From a virus, in the IMG/VR virus record IMGVR_UViG_3300034103_001746, positions 64,001 to 128,000 of that record: 64,000 nt of DNA; one strand, written 5' to 3'. The notes under the pieces are model-generated. The model was not told the DNA's origin, made no database searches, and worked only from the letters and a program-made list of their open reading frames with translations. Position numbers and translations under genes: made by a program. Each line of letters opens with the position of its first letter. Position 1 is the first letter of the stretch. Shown here piece by piece: positions 10,230-23,400 of this stretch.

Positions 10230-11831
10230 ATGTCATATATTAAATATGGATTATTTAATTTTATAGCAGATAGTGGGTATCCTGTTCCTCAAATATCTAT
10301 TTCTGTTGATCAAGACAGAGATGGTGGTGGTAGGATTATTGGCTCAAAAACTGTTGTTACATTAGAAGGTGTTATATATTCAGCTAGTGGTAGCAGGGGT
10401 TTTGAATCTTTAACATCTAAAGAAAATGGACTCAGAGAAGCTTTTAAATCTGATGGACAAATGCTTCAAATTGGTTGCACCGGTACCGGTGGCTCTAATT
10501 TACCTCCATACTTTTCTGGATATCCAAAAGTTAATAGATATTCAGCAGAAAAAACTGATAATTATTGGGTGAATACTATTAATTATAGCATTGAGCTACA
10601 GATAGAAAGTAGCGGCAATGGTAGTGGTATTTTTGCTGTAACTAGTACTCAAGATGAGTGGAATATAGAAATATTAGACGATACATCTTTTGTGAATAAT
10701 CCAGTAGGGGGTTCTGTACTAAGACAAGCTCTATCGATTCCTGATGGGACTGGTTTTCCAACATATAGAGTAAGCAGAACGTTAGGGGCTGTCGGTAAAT
10801 ATATTCCGACGGGTGGTAATGGTGGCCTGAGCGCAGTAGACAATGCTAAAAAATGGGTTCTATATCAAGCTTCTAGTGGTTTAACTTTAAGTGGAATAAT
10901 TAATGGATTACAATTATATAACTTTACTAGATCGATTAGTGTTAGTGATGTTGATGGGTCTTATAGATTAACAGATAATTGGATTGCTGTACCATCTGGC
11001 GCATTAAGCGGAAATTATGTAGAATCTTATACTGTTGAAAGTTCATTGGATAATAGTTATCTTCGCAGCGTGGTGATCAATGGTACAATTAAAGGATTAG
11101 AACCGTTTAATACTGGAGCAATTTATCAAAACAATACTATTGGATCTGGTATTAGCGGCAGTATATATCCAACTGTAGCCGGTCCTGTAAGAGTAACTAA
11201 TACTAGTAAATTTGATAAAGCTGTTAGTGGGTATTCTGGAGTGAAATCCTTAATTTACAATAGGGCCCAGTCTTTTATAGAAAAACAAAATAATACTTCA
11301 GGTATTTTTAGACGTTTTTTTGGTAGAGACGAAGCTATGCTTAATCCTTTACCATTATCTATAACAGAAGGATATAATCCCACAGAGGGATCTGTAACAT
11401 ATAGTTGGACATTTAATAACAGACCATTAAATTTAGTAAGTGGTTCGATTAGCGAAGTTTTAACAGTTAATGATAATTTTCCAACACAACAAGTAGCAGA
11501 AATTTTTGTACTAGGTAGAAGACTTGGTCCTATATTACAGGATTTGGGTACATATACTACAGCAAGCAGAGATGTAAACTTTGAAGTTGTTATGTTGCGC
11601 CCAACAGGTTTAAATGGATTAAGGTTTCCAAAAACTGCTTATACTGCTATTACAGGTATAGTAGAAACATTTAATCCAGCCTATTTATTTGGTGCTGGTG
11701 GTCAATGCAAATCTTTTGTGAAAAATAATACTGAAAATTGGAGCGTATCAGAAGGTAGATTTGTTAAAACTAAAGGTTGGTCATGGACAAAATGTGATGA
11801 TATTCCTGGAACAAATCCCAATGTGGGATAA
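10230..11831 (+). CDS. Putative tail/baseplate structural protein
   Basis: 533 aa, beta-strand rich, located in the tail operon. Confidence 0.55.
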   Translation: MSYIKYGLFNFIADSGYPVPQISISVDQDRDGGGRIIGSKTVVTLEGVIYSASGSRGFESLTSKENGLREAFKSDGQMLQIGCTGTGGSNLPPYFSGYPKVNRYSAEKTDNYWVNTINYSIELQIESSGNGSGIFAVTSTQDEWNIEILDDTSFVNNPVGGSVLRQALSIPDGTGFPTYRVSRTLGAVGKYIPTGGNGGLSAVDNAKKWVLYQASSGLTLSGIINGLQLYNFTRSISVSDVDGSYRLTDNWIAVPSGALSGNYVESYTVESSLDNSYLRSVVINGTIKGLEPFNTGAIYQNNTIGSGISGSIYPTVAGPVRVTNTSKFDKAVSGYSGVKSLIYNRAQSFIEKQNNTSGIFRRFFGRDEAMLNPLPLSITEGYNPTEGSVTYSWTFNNRPLNLVSGSISEVLTVNDNFPTQQVAEIFVLGRRLGPILQDLGTYTTASRDVNFEVVMLRPTGLNGLRFPKTAYTAITGIVETFNPAYLFGAGGQCKSFVKNNTENWSVSEGRFVKTKGWSWTKCDDIPGTNPNVG

Positions 11832-11843
11832 TGAGGAGTGTAA

Positions 11844-14800
11844 ATGGCATACTGTAATTTACCGGAAAAAATAGTAGGACCATACAACCAAGTATTGTTT
11901 TTAGGTTGTAGTGTTACTAGTTTTAATTGTAATTTAGGCTGGGGAGCAGAACAAAGTACTCTTAATGTAAATCTAGTAGAAGATAAATGTTTTCATCCAC
12001 AATCTAATGAGTATAGTCCAGTTGATGTTAAATTAAATACATTAGTACAACAAGATGATAATATAGAGGGTGGAACGGCATTTAAGAAAAAAGCAGATGA
12101 CTCGTATGAAACATTAGATCCAACAAAAGCTCTTCATAAGAATATTGCTTTTCAAATGAAGGGTCTCGAAGATGCTAGAGATCAAGAAAATATAGAGTTA
12201 TCACCAGAATTTAAAGATTATGGCAAATTATGTTATGATATTAATGGCAATAGAGTATACTGGAGAGATCCAGATCCTATGTTTATAGGACTTTCTGGAG
12301 CATTTCATCCTAGTGGCTTAGATATTTTAGGTACTCCAGTAAGATTTAAATTTAATAATTTTAGTTTTGGCGGGTTGGTTTCTTCTTGGAAACAAAATGG
12401 TTCTCAAGGAGGTTCTCGTTCTTTTGAAGTTGAGATCAAAAGTTTTGCTAGTCTCTTAAATGGTTGTCAATTAATAGTTAGTAAATATGCTGGTACAGTT
12501 TGTGGCATTGTACCTAACACTAATATTCCTACAAATCCTATTGATAAAAACATAGCAATGCCGATGCCATATAACATAGATAATACAACCACTCCTCCCA
12601 CGTTTTATTTTTTTGATCATAGAGCTTCCATAGAACAAGGTAACATTCCCAATGTTTTTAATATATTTGGATATCTAGAATATTTAGGATACAAAGATAA
12701 AATATATGGTAATGCTGGAGTGACTGATGAGGGTATTAGGGCTCAATATATTTATGATGCTTTAATTACACTATTGAGTCCAAATAATGAAAATCATGTA
12801 GATAATAAAGGTCCTTTTTCTCCTTATGGGGCTATAATATCTCGCTCAGTTAGGGTCAACGGCACGTCTGATCAAATCGATCCATTAAATCTTATATTAA
12901 ATGCTTTTGATGGTGGACAAATTAATTTAACACACATGGGGATATGTCCTAATTCTGTAGCCATAGATAATTATCGTAGATGTCGTTTAAAACTGGATTT
13001 ATCTGAGGTGCCAAGACCACCAAAGTGGTTAAGGATGCAAGGGCCAGTAATCAGTCTGATGCAGTTTATTACTGAAATTTGTGACGGGACTGGTTTTGAC
13101 TTTTTTATTGATTTTATATATCCTACAACCGAACAAATTCAGCAAAATATTTCTGGTACCATTAAAATACGTACTGTTTCTAGGAGAAAACAACCAAAGA
13201 AGGATCAAATTGAAAAATTAATTGAATATTTAACTAATAATGGGGGAGTTTCTTCTTATACTAAAGGCAAAGAATTTACTGATGTTAATACCAGAACAAT
13301 GTATGTTGGAGGAAAACAAAAAAGATTATTGCAATTAAAATGTACACGATTAGCATTCAAGCAAAATACTTTGATATATGATCCTTGGGCTAATAATGGC
13401 AATGGGGCGATGATCAATTATGATCAACTACCTGCTGTCGGGTCTACTCCTAATCAATTAAGAATGCCAAATACATCATCTACTAGAAGATACTCTTTTA
13501 AATATATTGGTGGAGCTGCTGTTGCTAGCGAATCAGCGACATTCGATAATTCGGTTAATTTTGTTAATGCTGCGGATTCTAGACATATATCACAGGGTAA
13601 CTATTATCCTGCGGTTAATCTAGCGGAGGCTCAGGGGTTTTTGGGTAGTATTGGTCCGATAGGAAAAAACATAGAGTTATATAAAGATACCATATGTCCT
13701 TATTTTGGTGTTGGATCTAACGGATTAATACGTCAAGTATATTTTGATAAAAATATGGGTCAAATGCAAATTATTTTTCAAACAGCTGATGTACAACAAT
13801 TAACATCTCTTCCATTGTCTAACTATAATCCATATTCAGCAGCGGGTCAAGTTACGGGCACCACATCTAGTAGTCCAATATTTTTAGTTTTGGAAAATGA
13901 ACTTAGAGCTGCTGCTGGAGGATTTAAATCTTGGCTAGATTACTGTTTTGGCAATTTGTTTACTACAGATATCGCAGAAATTTTATATAAAGGATTTCGT
14001 GATAAATACGGATTTGGTTTTATTCCTAATGGATCTGTAGCCATGTTTGCTAATCTAAAAAACGAGTTTTTAACAGGCATCAGTTTGATTCACGCTAAAG
14101 CATCTCAAAAAACAATTATTCGTAACGGAAGACCTATGCAAGTTAATCTTTCTGATTTAGCTCCTCATTTTAAAGCTTTGTATAAAGACTTAGAAAATAT
14201 TCATCAATTTTTTCAAAATGTTGCTAACGAGCATTATGGTAAACAATTTATGATTAGAATACCAGAGTTAGCATGGTATAGGGATTTATCTACTGCTTAT
14301 GATAACAATAACCAGCCCATCATTTTAGACTATGATGAGGATGGATATCCAATTTATGCTGTAGAAGGCACAGGCAAAGTTTTTACAAATTATTCTATAT
14401 CTACAGATGGGGCATGGGAGGAACCAGGAAATTTTATAGATGACGCTCTAGTTGTTGGAGGAACAAGAGTTTCAGCCATGTCTGACGATTCAGGTAAAAT
14501 TCCTTGTATATTAGGCTATAATGCTTCATTAGAGAAAGATTATTCTAGACAGTGGAATAGGCAACAGTTTTTAGCAGCTTTATCAGTAAGAAGATTTAGT
14601 GATGTATCGTTTAATTGTGTTACAGACTGGGCGTTTGTCTTACAAAATATGTTGAGCGATCCAGATTTACAGGACGCTAATCATTATTTTATGTCATTGA
14701 GACATAGTTTACCTCCAGAAGAATATTCTTTGCTATCTTATATCGCGCCCGCCGTTCCTTTTACTACCGCACATGGATTAACTATTCCAGATGATAGTAA

Positions 14801-15767
14801 ATATAAGCTATATGTTAGAGGTAATCCGAGTGCGGATATACAATTTTTAACACCAGATTACGGAGATGCCAGAGCCATCGTTTCTGTATCATCTCCAATT
14901 TTTATTGGACAAGATAAGCATGGTGTTGATTATAATGTCATGGCAATGGGGGCGCAAGATAGTTTATTAAGACTAGTTAATGGAGCAAGCATTCCGGTGA
15001 TATTAGCTGGTTTAAGTATAGGATCTGCTGGCGCTACCACGATTCTAGGAGGTCTTGGTCCAAATCCTATTTCAAATGCTTTAATGGGTACTAATTTCCC
15101 CGAGGCTATTCGTAATTTACAAATGGTTCATGGTTCATTTTGGGGAGATGAGGCCAGGGAGCATGACGATAACAGTCGCACAATTGAAAAAATTCTACCC
15201 AAAGCTGCTATTCCTATGTTTTGTGCCTTGCCTATTGAATTTAATGATTTTGTTTATGGTCCATGGATTAATCATCCTGGTTTAATTGCTAGTACTATTT
15301 TTCCAGATTCCACAGATGCAAATGTGCATAGGTTAGAAGTAGAAAATTTAGTGGGTGGAGTTAAGGTTTCTGTTGATGAAAGTTTAGTTCCATGGAATTA
15401 TGGTGGTATGACAGCTCTGGACGAAGCTGTAATGCTTAAAATTGCTGATGAAGTTAATTATCAACAAACACTAGAAATGGGAACGATACAAATTCCTGGT
15501 TTTGACAATTTTAGTTTAGGCGATATGATAAAATATTATGGTAATTTATTTGATGGTCCAATTATTAATAGTATTCAAGTTCAGATAGGAGAAGGTGGAA
15601 TTACTACAACATATAATTTTAGAACCTATCTAAGAAAATTAGGACTTTTTAATAAAGAAAATGCAGAAAGACTTAAAGCTATTAATCAAGAAGCTATTAA
15701 ACGTAATAAAGAAATTAACACTAAATTATTACAATTATCATCCAAAATAAATATTAAAATTTTATAA
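11844..15767 (+). CDS. Putative baseplate hub/tail protein
   Basis: 1307 aa; N-terminal FLGCSVTSFNCNLGWG and C-terminal GPIINSIQVQIGEGGITTTYNFRTY suggest a hub fold; SD GAGGAG upstream. Confidence 0.55.
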   Translation: MAYCNLPEKIVGPYNQVLFLGCSVTSFNCNLGWGAEQSTLNVNLVEDKCFHPQSNEYSPVDVKLNTLVQQDDNIEGGTAFKKKADDSYETLDPTKALHKNIAFQMKGLEDARDQENIELSPEFKDYGKLCYDINGNRVYWRDPDPMFIGLSGAFHPSGLDILGTPVRFKFNNFSFGGLVSSWKQNGSQGGSRSFEVEIKSFASLLNGCQLIVSKYAGTVCGIVPNTNIPTNPIDKNIAMPMPYNIDNTTTPPTFYFFDHRASIEQGNIPNVFNIFGYLEYLGYKDKIYGNAGVTDEGIRAQYIYDALITLLSPNNENHVDNKGPFSPYGAIISRSVRVNGTSDQIDPLNLILNAFDGGQINLTHMGICPNSVAIDNYRRCRLKLDLSEVPRPPKWLRMQGPVISLMQFITEICDGTGFDFFIDFIYPTTEQIQQNISGTIKIRTVSRRKQPKKDQIEKLIEYLTNNGGVSSYTKGKEFTDVNTRTMYVGGKQKRLLQLKCTRLAFKQNTLIYDPWANNGNGAMINYDQLPAVGSTPNQLRMPNTSSTRRYSFKYIGGAAVASESATFDNSVNFVNAADSRHISQGNYYPAVNLAEAQGFLGSIGPIGKNIELYKDTICPYFGVGSNGLIRQVYFDKNMGQMQIIFQTADVQQLTSLPLSNYNPYSAAGQVTGTTSSSPIFLVLENELRAAAGGFKSWLDYCFGNLFTTDIAEILYKGFRDKYGFGFIPNGSVAMFANLKNEFLTGISLIHAKASQKTIIRNGRPMQVNLSDLAPHFKALYKDLENIHQFFQNVANEHYGKQFMIRIPELAWYRDLSTAYDNNNQPIILDYDEDGYPIYAVEGTGKVFTNYSISTDGAWEEPGNFIDDALVVGGTRVSAMSDDSGKIPCILGYNASLEKDYSRQWNRQQFLAALSVRRFSDVSFNCVTDWAFVLQNMLSDPDLQDANHYFMSLRHSLPPEEYSLLSYIAPAVPFTTAHGLTIPDDSKYKLYVRGNPSADIQFLTPDYGDARAIVSVSSPIFIGQDKHGVDYNVMAMGAQDSLLRLVNGASIPVILAGLSIGSAGATTILGGLGPNPISNALMGTNFPEAIRNLQMVHGSFWGDEAREHDDNSRTIEKILPKAAIPMFCALPIEFNDFVYGPWINHPGLIASTIFPDSTDANVHRLEVENLVGGVKVSVDESLVPWNYGGMTALDEAVMLKIADEVNYQQTLEMGTIQIPGFDNFSLGDMIKYYGNLFDGPIINSIQVQIGEGGITTTYNFRTYLRKLGLFNKENAERLKAINQEAIKRNKEINTKLLQLSSKINIKIL

Positions 15768-15778
15768 TAGGATTGAAT

Positions 15779-17410
15779 ATGTATACCAATCTTCCCAATG
15801 TTCTTATAGGAATGAATTTTTTTACTGTTCATAGCAGTGCAGAAATATCTAAACAAAGACAATTAGATTTTTCTCCAGAATGGCTAGAAAGACCATATAA
15901 TCCCACCCAAGATATATCTTTTACCCCAAAAGATTATCCAAGAGTTCAGACAAATATCAATCTTAGATCTAATGACGATTGTGCAGAAGAGCTTATTGAG
16001 GGGTATTCAGCTAAGTCTATGATGAGTTTAGATGGTATTTTTTCGCCAATATCATTTTATCCCACACCATATAGCGCCACATTTAATATTACTAAATATC
16101 CAACGCCAAGTTGTCCTTTTTGTTTTGGCACTAAATCCTATACATATAAACTAGAAAATGATAATTTACAACTTAATATGAATGGGGTTAAAGAAATATC
16201 TAATCAAGAATCTGATATAACCAGAATTTGTCCATTTTGTGAATCTATAAATACAAAATTAGATAAACAATATATTGGTGTCTCGCCAAGAGAAACTATG
16301 CCACCCTTCATTATCGCTAGTGGAGACGATCTAACAATTATATCTAAACTACCAACTACGGGATCAAGCGGCATACCTATTATTAACTATGCTACTCTTA
16401 ATCCAGTAGTATTATCTGGTGGTGAATTTAGTAATTTTCAAAATAAACAGAGCGGGGATTTAACAGGACATTCTATTGATTTGGTGGGTTTTGGATTAAC
16501 TGTACCTAGACAAGTAGACGGCATAAGGCCATCATTTTCATCAAATATTGATAGATCATATGCTGATTACGATTTAAATTTAGTGTCTTGGAGACAAGAC
16601 ATCATGAGTAAAGGTATTCCTGTGCCAGAAATACCACCTATAGCTAATAATATGAGATTTTTTGGTTTGCGCGGACCATTAATGGTTCATGGGTGGGGTT
16701 ATGATGTTGAGGGTTTTCCTGTACCAAATTCTTCAGGAGAGCCGTTAATTCAAAATGGTCAGGTTGTCAGAGATTCTAATGGTAATATCTTAGGTAAAAA
16801 TCAAAAATGGATTAGTACCGCAAATGGGGGATACTGGTCCAAACCATATAAAGAAAATACTTTTTATAAAGGTTGGGCACAACAGCCTGGATCTTGGCCG
16901 GTTGGACCTATAGACTTAAGATGGGATGAAATTGGAGGAGTATGGACAGTAGGAGCTAGCTATAAGCCGGTTTATGTTGTTATAGAAGAAGATTTGGTGG
17001 GTACTAGACCATCAAGAGGTGAACTCATAGATAGTACTTATGATAATAATCCTTTACCAGACCAATTAAGAAGATTAGTTTTTGTGAAAGATTCATTGGG
17101 TATGTATCCGGCTCCACGAGGAGCGGCTCTTTATTGTAAATATAACTCGAATAACGGTTTTTATGAGCCTATAGGACACAGACCGTTCGTAACATCTGGA
17201 AATATTTTATCTGCCAATACTGTTGAAGTTTATAAAATATATAGTAAGCCGAATAATCCAGATATCAGACTATCAGATGATCCAAAATTAGAAAAATATG
17301 AAACCCTATATAAAAATCCTTTGGAGTATAATATTACAGTAGGAGATATAGGATTATTTACATTTTTAGATGGATACTGGACATTGTATTCTTACAATCC
17401 AGATAAATAA
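15779..17410 (+). CDS. Putative virion protein with two CPFC motifs
   Basis: ORF track gives TTG at 15773, ATG is at 15779; tail operon context. Confidence 0.55.
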   Translation: MYTNLPNVLIGMNFFTVHSSAEISKQRQLDFSPEWLERPYNPTQDISFTPKDYPRVQTNINLRSNDDCAEELIEGYSAKSMMSLDGIFSPISFYPTPYSATFNITKYPTPSCPFCFGTKSYTYKLENDNLQLNMNGVKEISNQESDITRICPFCESINTKLDKQYIGVSPRETMPPFIIASGDDLTIISKLPTTGSSGIPIINYATLNPVVLSGGEFSNFQNKQSGDLTGHSIDLVGFGLTVPRQVDGIRPSFSSNIDRSYADYDLNLVSWRQDIMSKGIPVPEIPPIANNMRFFGLRGPLMVHGWGYDVEGFPVPNSSGEPLIQNGQVVRDSNGNILGKNQKWISTANGGYWSKPYKENTFYKGWAQQPGSWPVGPIDLRWDEIGGVWTVGASYKPVYVVIEEDLVGTRPSRGELIDSTYDNNPLPDQLRRLVFVKDSLGMYPAPRGAALYCKYNSNNGFYEPIGHRPFVTSGNILSANTVEVYKIYSKPNNPDIRLSDDPKLEKYETLYKNPLEYNITVGDIGLFTFLDGYWTLYSYNPDK

Positions 17411-17412
17411 TT

Positions 17413-20400
17413 ATGAGTAATAATTGTACTATTTTTAAAAAAAGCTTATTTAAAGATGTTTCTAATTTATCTAATTTTACTTTAGAGATAGATTGGTTAA
17501 AAGGACTAATCCCAGAGTATCAAGCGGATAATAGTGGTATTTGGCTACCAATTGTAGTTAAAAAAGATCAAACAAAAATTAACTTTGTTGATATACTTTC
17601 TAGAGCAGAGTCAGAACAATCATTATTTGATCCTTGTGATTGTATTGCTACTACTGGCAATTCTTTGGAAGACGAAAATTCAGAAGACATTTCTTTAGAT
17701 TGCATTTATTGTTATAAAAATGGAATTGATTATCAATTTGATTGGCAATTAGTAGATCAAAATAGGAATATTAGTAGCCCTGTTATCAATTCTAAGTGTT
17801 GTGACGGTGCCTGTGATGTTAGAATGACTAAAGATGATTACTTAGCAAAGTTACCGGTGCTTAACTCATCATATATTACTAAATTTTATGATTGGAAAAA
17901 TAAATTACAATTTCCCGCATGTTCTAATAAGGGTCTAGGATACGAACAATTTGCATATAATAATGTATTAAGTTCTTTTAAAAATAATATTCCAAGATTA
18001 ATGATAGATTGGAAAATTAAAGAAAGAATATCTGAAATACCACCAAATGATATTGATAGTTATCATAAAGATATAGATACTCATGAAAAATCATATACTA
18101 GATCATTAATCAATAGCAAAACATGTGGTAATTTTTTATTAACTAAATTAAATGAGTCTTATATCAAGAATCCGATTTATCCTGTATTGAGTGGCTTAAT
18201 CGGAGATATTGCGATGACAGGCAATTTTTCTAAGTTAATTCCAGCGGTAAAAGATTTTACTAAGCCATATGGTTTTAAGAATCAAGACCACTTTAATATT
18301 TTTGCTAAAACAGAAAAAGTTGGCTCTTACTGGAAATGGAATTATAGTTCTGGTGTTTTATGTTGGTATAGGTATTTTGATATAGATTTACCAGAAAACG
18401 AAGATAATAGACTTATTAAAGGTGTGGATCTTTATATTTCTGATGGAGATATGTTTTATGCTACAAATGATGGTCCGGAACCAACACCAGTAGATCAAAA
18501 TCAAAACCCTCCAAATATTAAATCATGTCCTTCTGGTTTAAAGCTTGTTAAGAACAATACTATTACAGGAATTATTCCTAGTGGTTCAGAATTTATATAT
18601 ATATCTGAAAATATATATAATAAAGTATATAATATTATTAATAAATTAGACGATTTAGAAGCCTCATTAGACATAGCTGATGATAATAAAATTTCACCAA
18701 TTAATAAATTACAATTGTCAGCATTACTTGCTACTGGCCCTAATTATTATGAGGTCACAGTTGATTTATTAAAAACTATACCAAATTTAGAAGATTTACA
18801 AAAAGATTATGCCAGAGATGTATATCAACAAATCAAGGTCTTTAATAGTGGTATGTTGTTAAAACAACAACACCAAGCTAATAAATTAAATATTGTTAAA
18901 ACCAAAGAAGATCTAATTAACACTCTTGTTAATAAGTATGGATACTATGTTTGGTGTCCACCAAATAGTAGTATTTCTTTAGATTTTAAAAAATCTTACG
19001 ATGTTCATGCATATATTGATTTAGATTTTGAGCCAGTAGTTCAAGAAACAAACACCTTTTTCAGTAGACCTTGTACTCCACCGACCGATTGTTTAGATAC
19101 AACGACAGAGCGAAATTTTAGTTATGATCAGAAAATTGTAGCTGGTAATTTAATATTTAGTACTAATATTGATAAAAGATATAAAAGTCAAATTTGTAAA
19201 AATGGAGAATTTAGTATCGATAGAGCGGTTAACATTATTAGTGCTTATTTTAATGATAGACTGATTAAAGAAGAAATTTATGGTAGTGGTTGTACTGTTT
19301 TTAATCAAAAATACTTAAGAGCACCATCATTTGATATTGCTCTTGATAAAATAGGCAATACGTTATGTTCTCAATATAAATTATGCAATAAATCTTTAGC
19401 ATTTACTTATAACAATGACAATAATTGGTTTGGTACCAATAACGAACTTAAGGAAGGAAAATTTTTAGATGCTTCTGTAGTCTTAGGCCGTAGATATCCT
19501 GCTAATGCTAGTAATATTAATATAGATCGTATAGGATTTCATACAGACGGTGGGTTGTATTACGATAGTAATAATTTAGGTTCGGGAAATGTACTATTTT
19601 TGAACGATATATCTTCTTCTGATCCTGGTTTTTATTCTATACAATTTAAAACAAAAGATGTTGGTATAAAATTATATGATATAAATATTCACCATTTGAG
19701 AGATAAAAAATTTAGTAAATGTAAAACTTTCCCATTGGATCAAGCCTGCAAATGTTTCCCTCTGAGTTCTGTAACAGGGTATAGGTATAATTGTGATGGT
19801 TCTTTAACTTTTAGTAATGATGGAGCTGTTTTATATACTCCTAATATATCTACACAATCTAGTCCTGTTTTATTAAGTTATGGTGGATATTCTAGTGAAG
19901 AATTATTAAATATTATTCAAGAACAAAGAATACCGAATCATCCAGACCCGGAAATAATTTTAAATACTGTTAATAGAATTATAGATCCATTAAATCCATA
20001 TGGGTGTAGCAAAGAAATTAGTGCTGGTTTTCCTAATTATCTATATACTAAATGGTCTATGGGATTACCCAACTATAGTACGGATCATATTGATGTTTGG
20101 ATGAAGCTCTTTGAAAATGTTAGCTTATTCAATCCTACAATACCAAAATATGATTATGAGACTGGAGAATTTGAAACAATTAATAATCCATCGTATAGAA
20201 GATATACTACAAAAGCTATAGTAAATGGGAATACGATATATAATAATCAACAAAAAGTATTATTTGATAAAGACACCAGCATCCCCAACTCTTTTGATAT
20301 AGAATTAACTAATCCGTTTTTATTTGCTTTATTGAGTCAATTATCCGAAGACATGGAAAAAAATAAACTTTTATATACTAATTTGCCATGTTCTTTAGAC

Positions 20401-23400
20401 ACAACTAATAGAGATGCATATCTTAATAATATTAATTTAACCTTTAAACAGGTACCTCGCAAACAAGTTTTAAATTTTCAAATACAACCCTTATCATCTG
20501 CTGGCAAAATTAATAAAACGTTTTTTCATCCTAATGAAGGCATTATTAATAATTCTATATTCTATAATTTAACATCTTTAACTTTTAATAATAAAAATTG
20601 CTCATTTGATTTTGCTTATGAAAAACAACTATTTGAAAACGGAGCAATAGATTACTCAGATGAAGGGATAATGTTTTCAGGCCATATATCTAATCAAATG
20701 AAACAAATCTTAGATTTAAATAATAGTCTTTTAAACCATAAAAAATTAAGACTTTATATTAAATACAATAATATTTGGTATGAGTATTTAAACCCTCATT
20801 TATTTGGTTTTAATAATAAAATTAATAGTACTATATATCCTGGTTTTCCAACATTTTTTGAATACGCTAAACAAGATAAATACAAAGCATTATTGCATAT
20901 GACAGAGTATGCTAATAACGCTCTGAATACAAACAAATTACCAACTATAACTACTCCATCACAGCTAATTCCTGCATCGGTTAAGAATAATACTGAATTT
21001 CTATATTTTCATAATACAAAACCAACGGGCCTTATTAATGGCTTATCTCAAGAGTTTTATCCATTATTATATAGTAATTTTATTTTAGATAAAAATTCTC
21101 AACGTAAAATTGTGCTCAAAGGATCTAGGCCATATTTTATGTTTGAAGAACAAGATCCGGCTATCTTTGTTGAAAATATTACTACGATGCCTATCTCTCA
21201 ACAGGATTTAATTTTTAGAAACACCTTTATTGTAGACGCCGAGGAAAAAAGATGGAGATATAAAGGAGAAGGAAATAAACAACTTTTAGATTCTTATGAG
21301 CTAGTTCCACCAAGAGACTATAGAGATAGTAATTATAATGAATTGTGGATTAATTATAGTGCAACTAATAATGATGGATATATTGCTAATACAGAATTAA
21401 AAACAAAACCCACAAAAATTCAACTCATTGATAAACAAAATCCCAAAATTAAATTCGAATACTCGGTTATATCCAAATCGCTCTATGCTCAAAAAGTTGA
21501 TGCGTTTGGTAATGAGTTGGATTCATTTGGATACTTTAAGCAACGACAACATTTAGATGTTTATACCGTGCTTGAAATAGATATTTGTGAAAATTGTATT
21601 TTAAAATTATCAGAGGGAATAGTGCAGCTGGTGACACCTACGCAGAATACTAATGTCAATAATACTGATTCATTTGTGATACTTCAAAATTTTAAAGACT
21701 CATTAAAATCAGAATCTTATCCATTATTAAGAAATAAGTATTATGAAACCAAATGGGGCGATTTGATTCATTTTGATAATAAAACATTTCAGGATCTTAA
21801 TAATTCCACAATTTTAAATCATGCTCTTGATTTATATTATCCATCATCATTATATGATAATATTTTGTATAGTATATCTGTTAATAATTTAGAAACTGGG
21901 AATTTTAAATTTTTAATTACTTCGACCAATAATTCAAATTTGCAAACTATTAGTGGAGTTACTACATACGACGATGTTGTATATTACAATATTCATCAGA
22001 AATATAATATTGGTTTAAATAATTTATATATGGAAAATATTATTACTGATTATCAAAATTATTTACCATTTATAGATATTAATTTTATTAATAGTTCAAA
22101 AATTAAAAATCAACCCTGGTTTAATAATATTTATCAAAATTTTGAGACAAACACACTATCAACAGGACAATTTTATATTAGTGGAATTAGATCTTTTGTA
22201 GAAACCAAAGATTTAAAGGTTGATCCATCTAAAAATTCAGTATTTTTTATATCTTTAAATAAAGAACAAAAATTAAAACCGGTATTATTTAATAAATCTT
22301 TTTATTATAATACTTTAAGAGTAGATGATGTTTATTATAGATTGGCTAAATTAGAAAAAGAAGATGTTTATAATTCAACGCAATGTGCTACTATTTTTAT
22401 GCCAAAAATAAATTTTTCTAGTCAAACATTTACGGACTATTTTGATACTAATGGTTTTGATGCATCATCTTCTCTAATAAAAACTACATTTGATACATTT
22501 CCAATATATTGTGATACAGATAAAGCCCAAGCATTATGCGGTAATGAATCCTGTTCTATTAAAACTATTGGATTTACTAGACTTAAAGCCGGATACCAAC
22601 ATTACAACTACTCATATATTACAGCAAAAGATTTGGAGGGGTCTAATTCTCTAGAATTTGCACTATCGGTAGACGAGGGTTTGTATAATACTATTGGTAC
22701 TAATATGGTTCCTTATATTCAAAGATTTGAAATTCCACCGAACTCTAATTTATTTAATAATATTACATTAGACGGAACAGACAATTGCTTGATTGGAGCA
22801 GATAACCGACCATCGAGACAACAAAATTACATAGATACCGAATATCAAAACAAATTAGTTGAATATATTTTACCAGAAGATAAAAAAGGGGACTTGGTTC
22901 GTGATACTGATATTCTTGCTAATGAAATGTTATTTAGGTTAATTTATGGTTCTAAACAACAAATATCTTATGATAATATTAAAAAGAAAACCACAGCAGA
23001 CATTATTAAAGACAATACTAAAAAATCGATTTCCTATTTATTACAGTATTCTGAGCCACGCACTACTGCTGATGTAATATATGATTTAATTCCTTATGAT
23101 TATTCAGTAAATGCTGATGTGTCAAAAAGAAAAATTAATGGATCTATTAGTATAGACGGCGTACTTGCTGTGGGATCAAATGTGTCTGTTAATATTGGCG
23201 GATATGTGATAACAATTTCTATACAAAATATTAATAACAAAATTTGTGCTGTTGCGTCCTGTAATGGCAAAACATATACTAGTTCGTTTTTTGATACCAA
23301 GCCCACTAGTACCACGACTACTGCTGTAACTGCTGGCACAATACTATATCCTCCATCTGAAAATAGTAGAATAGTTAAGCTTACAACCTGTAGGGGCGGT

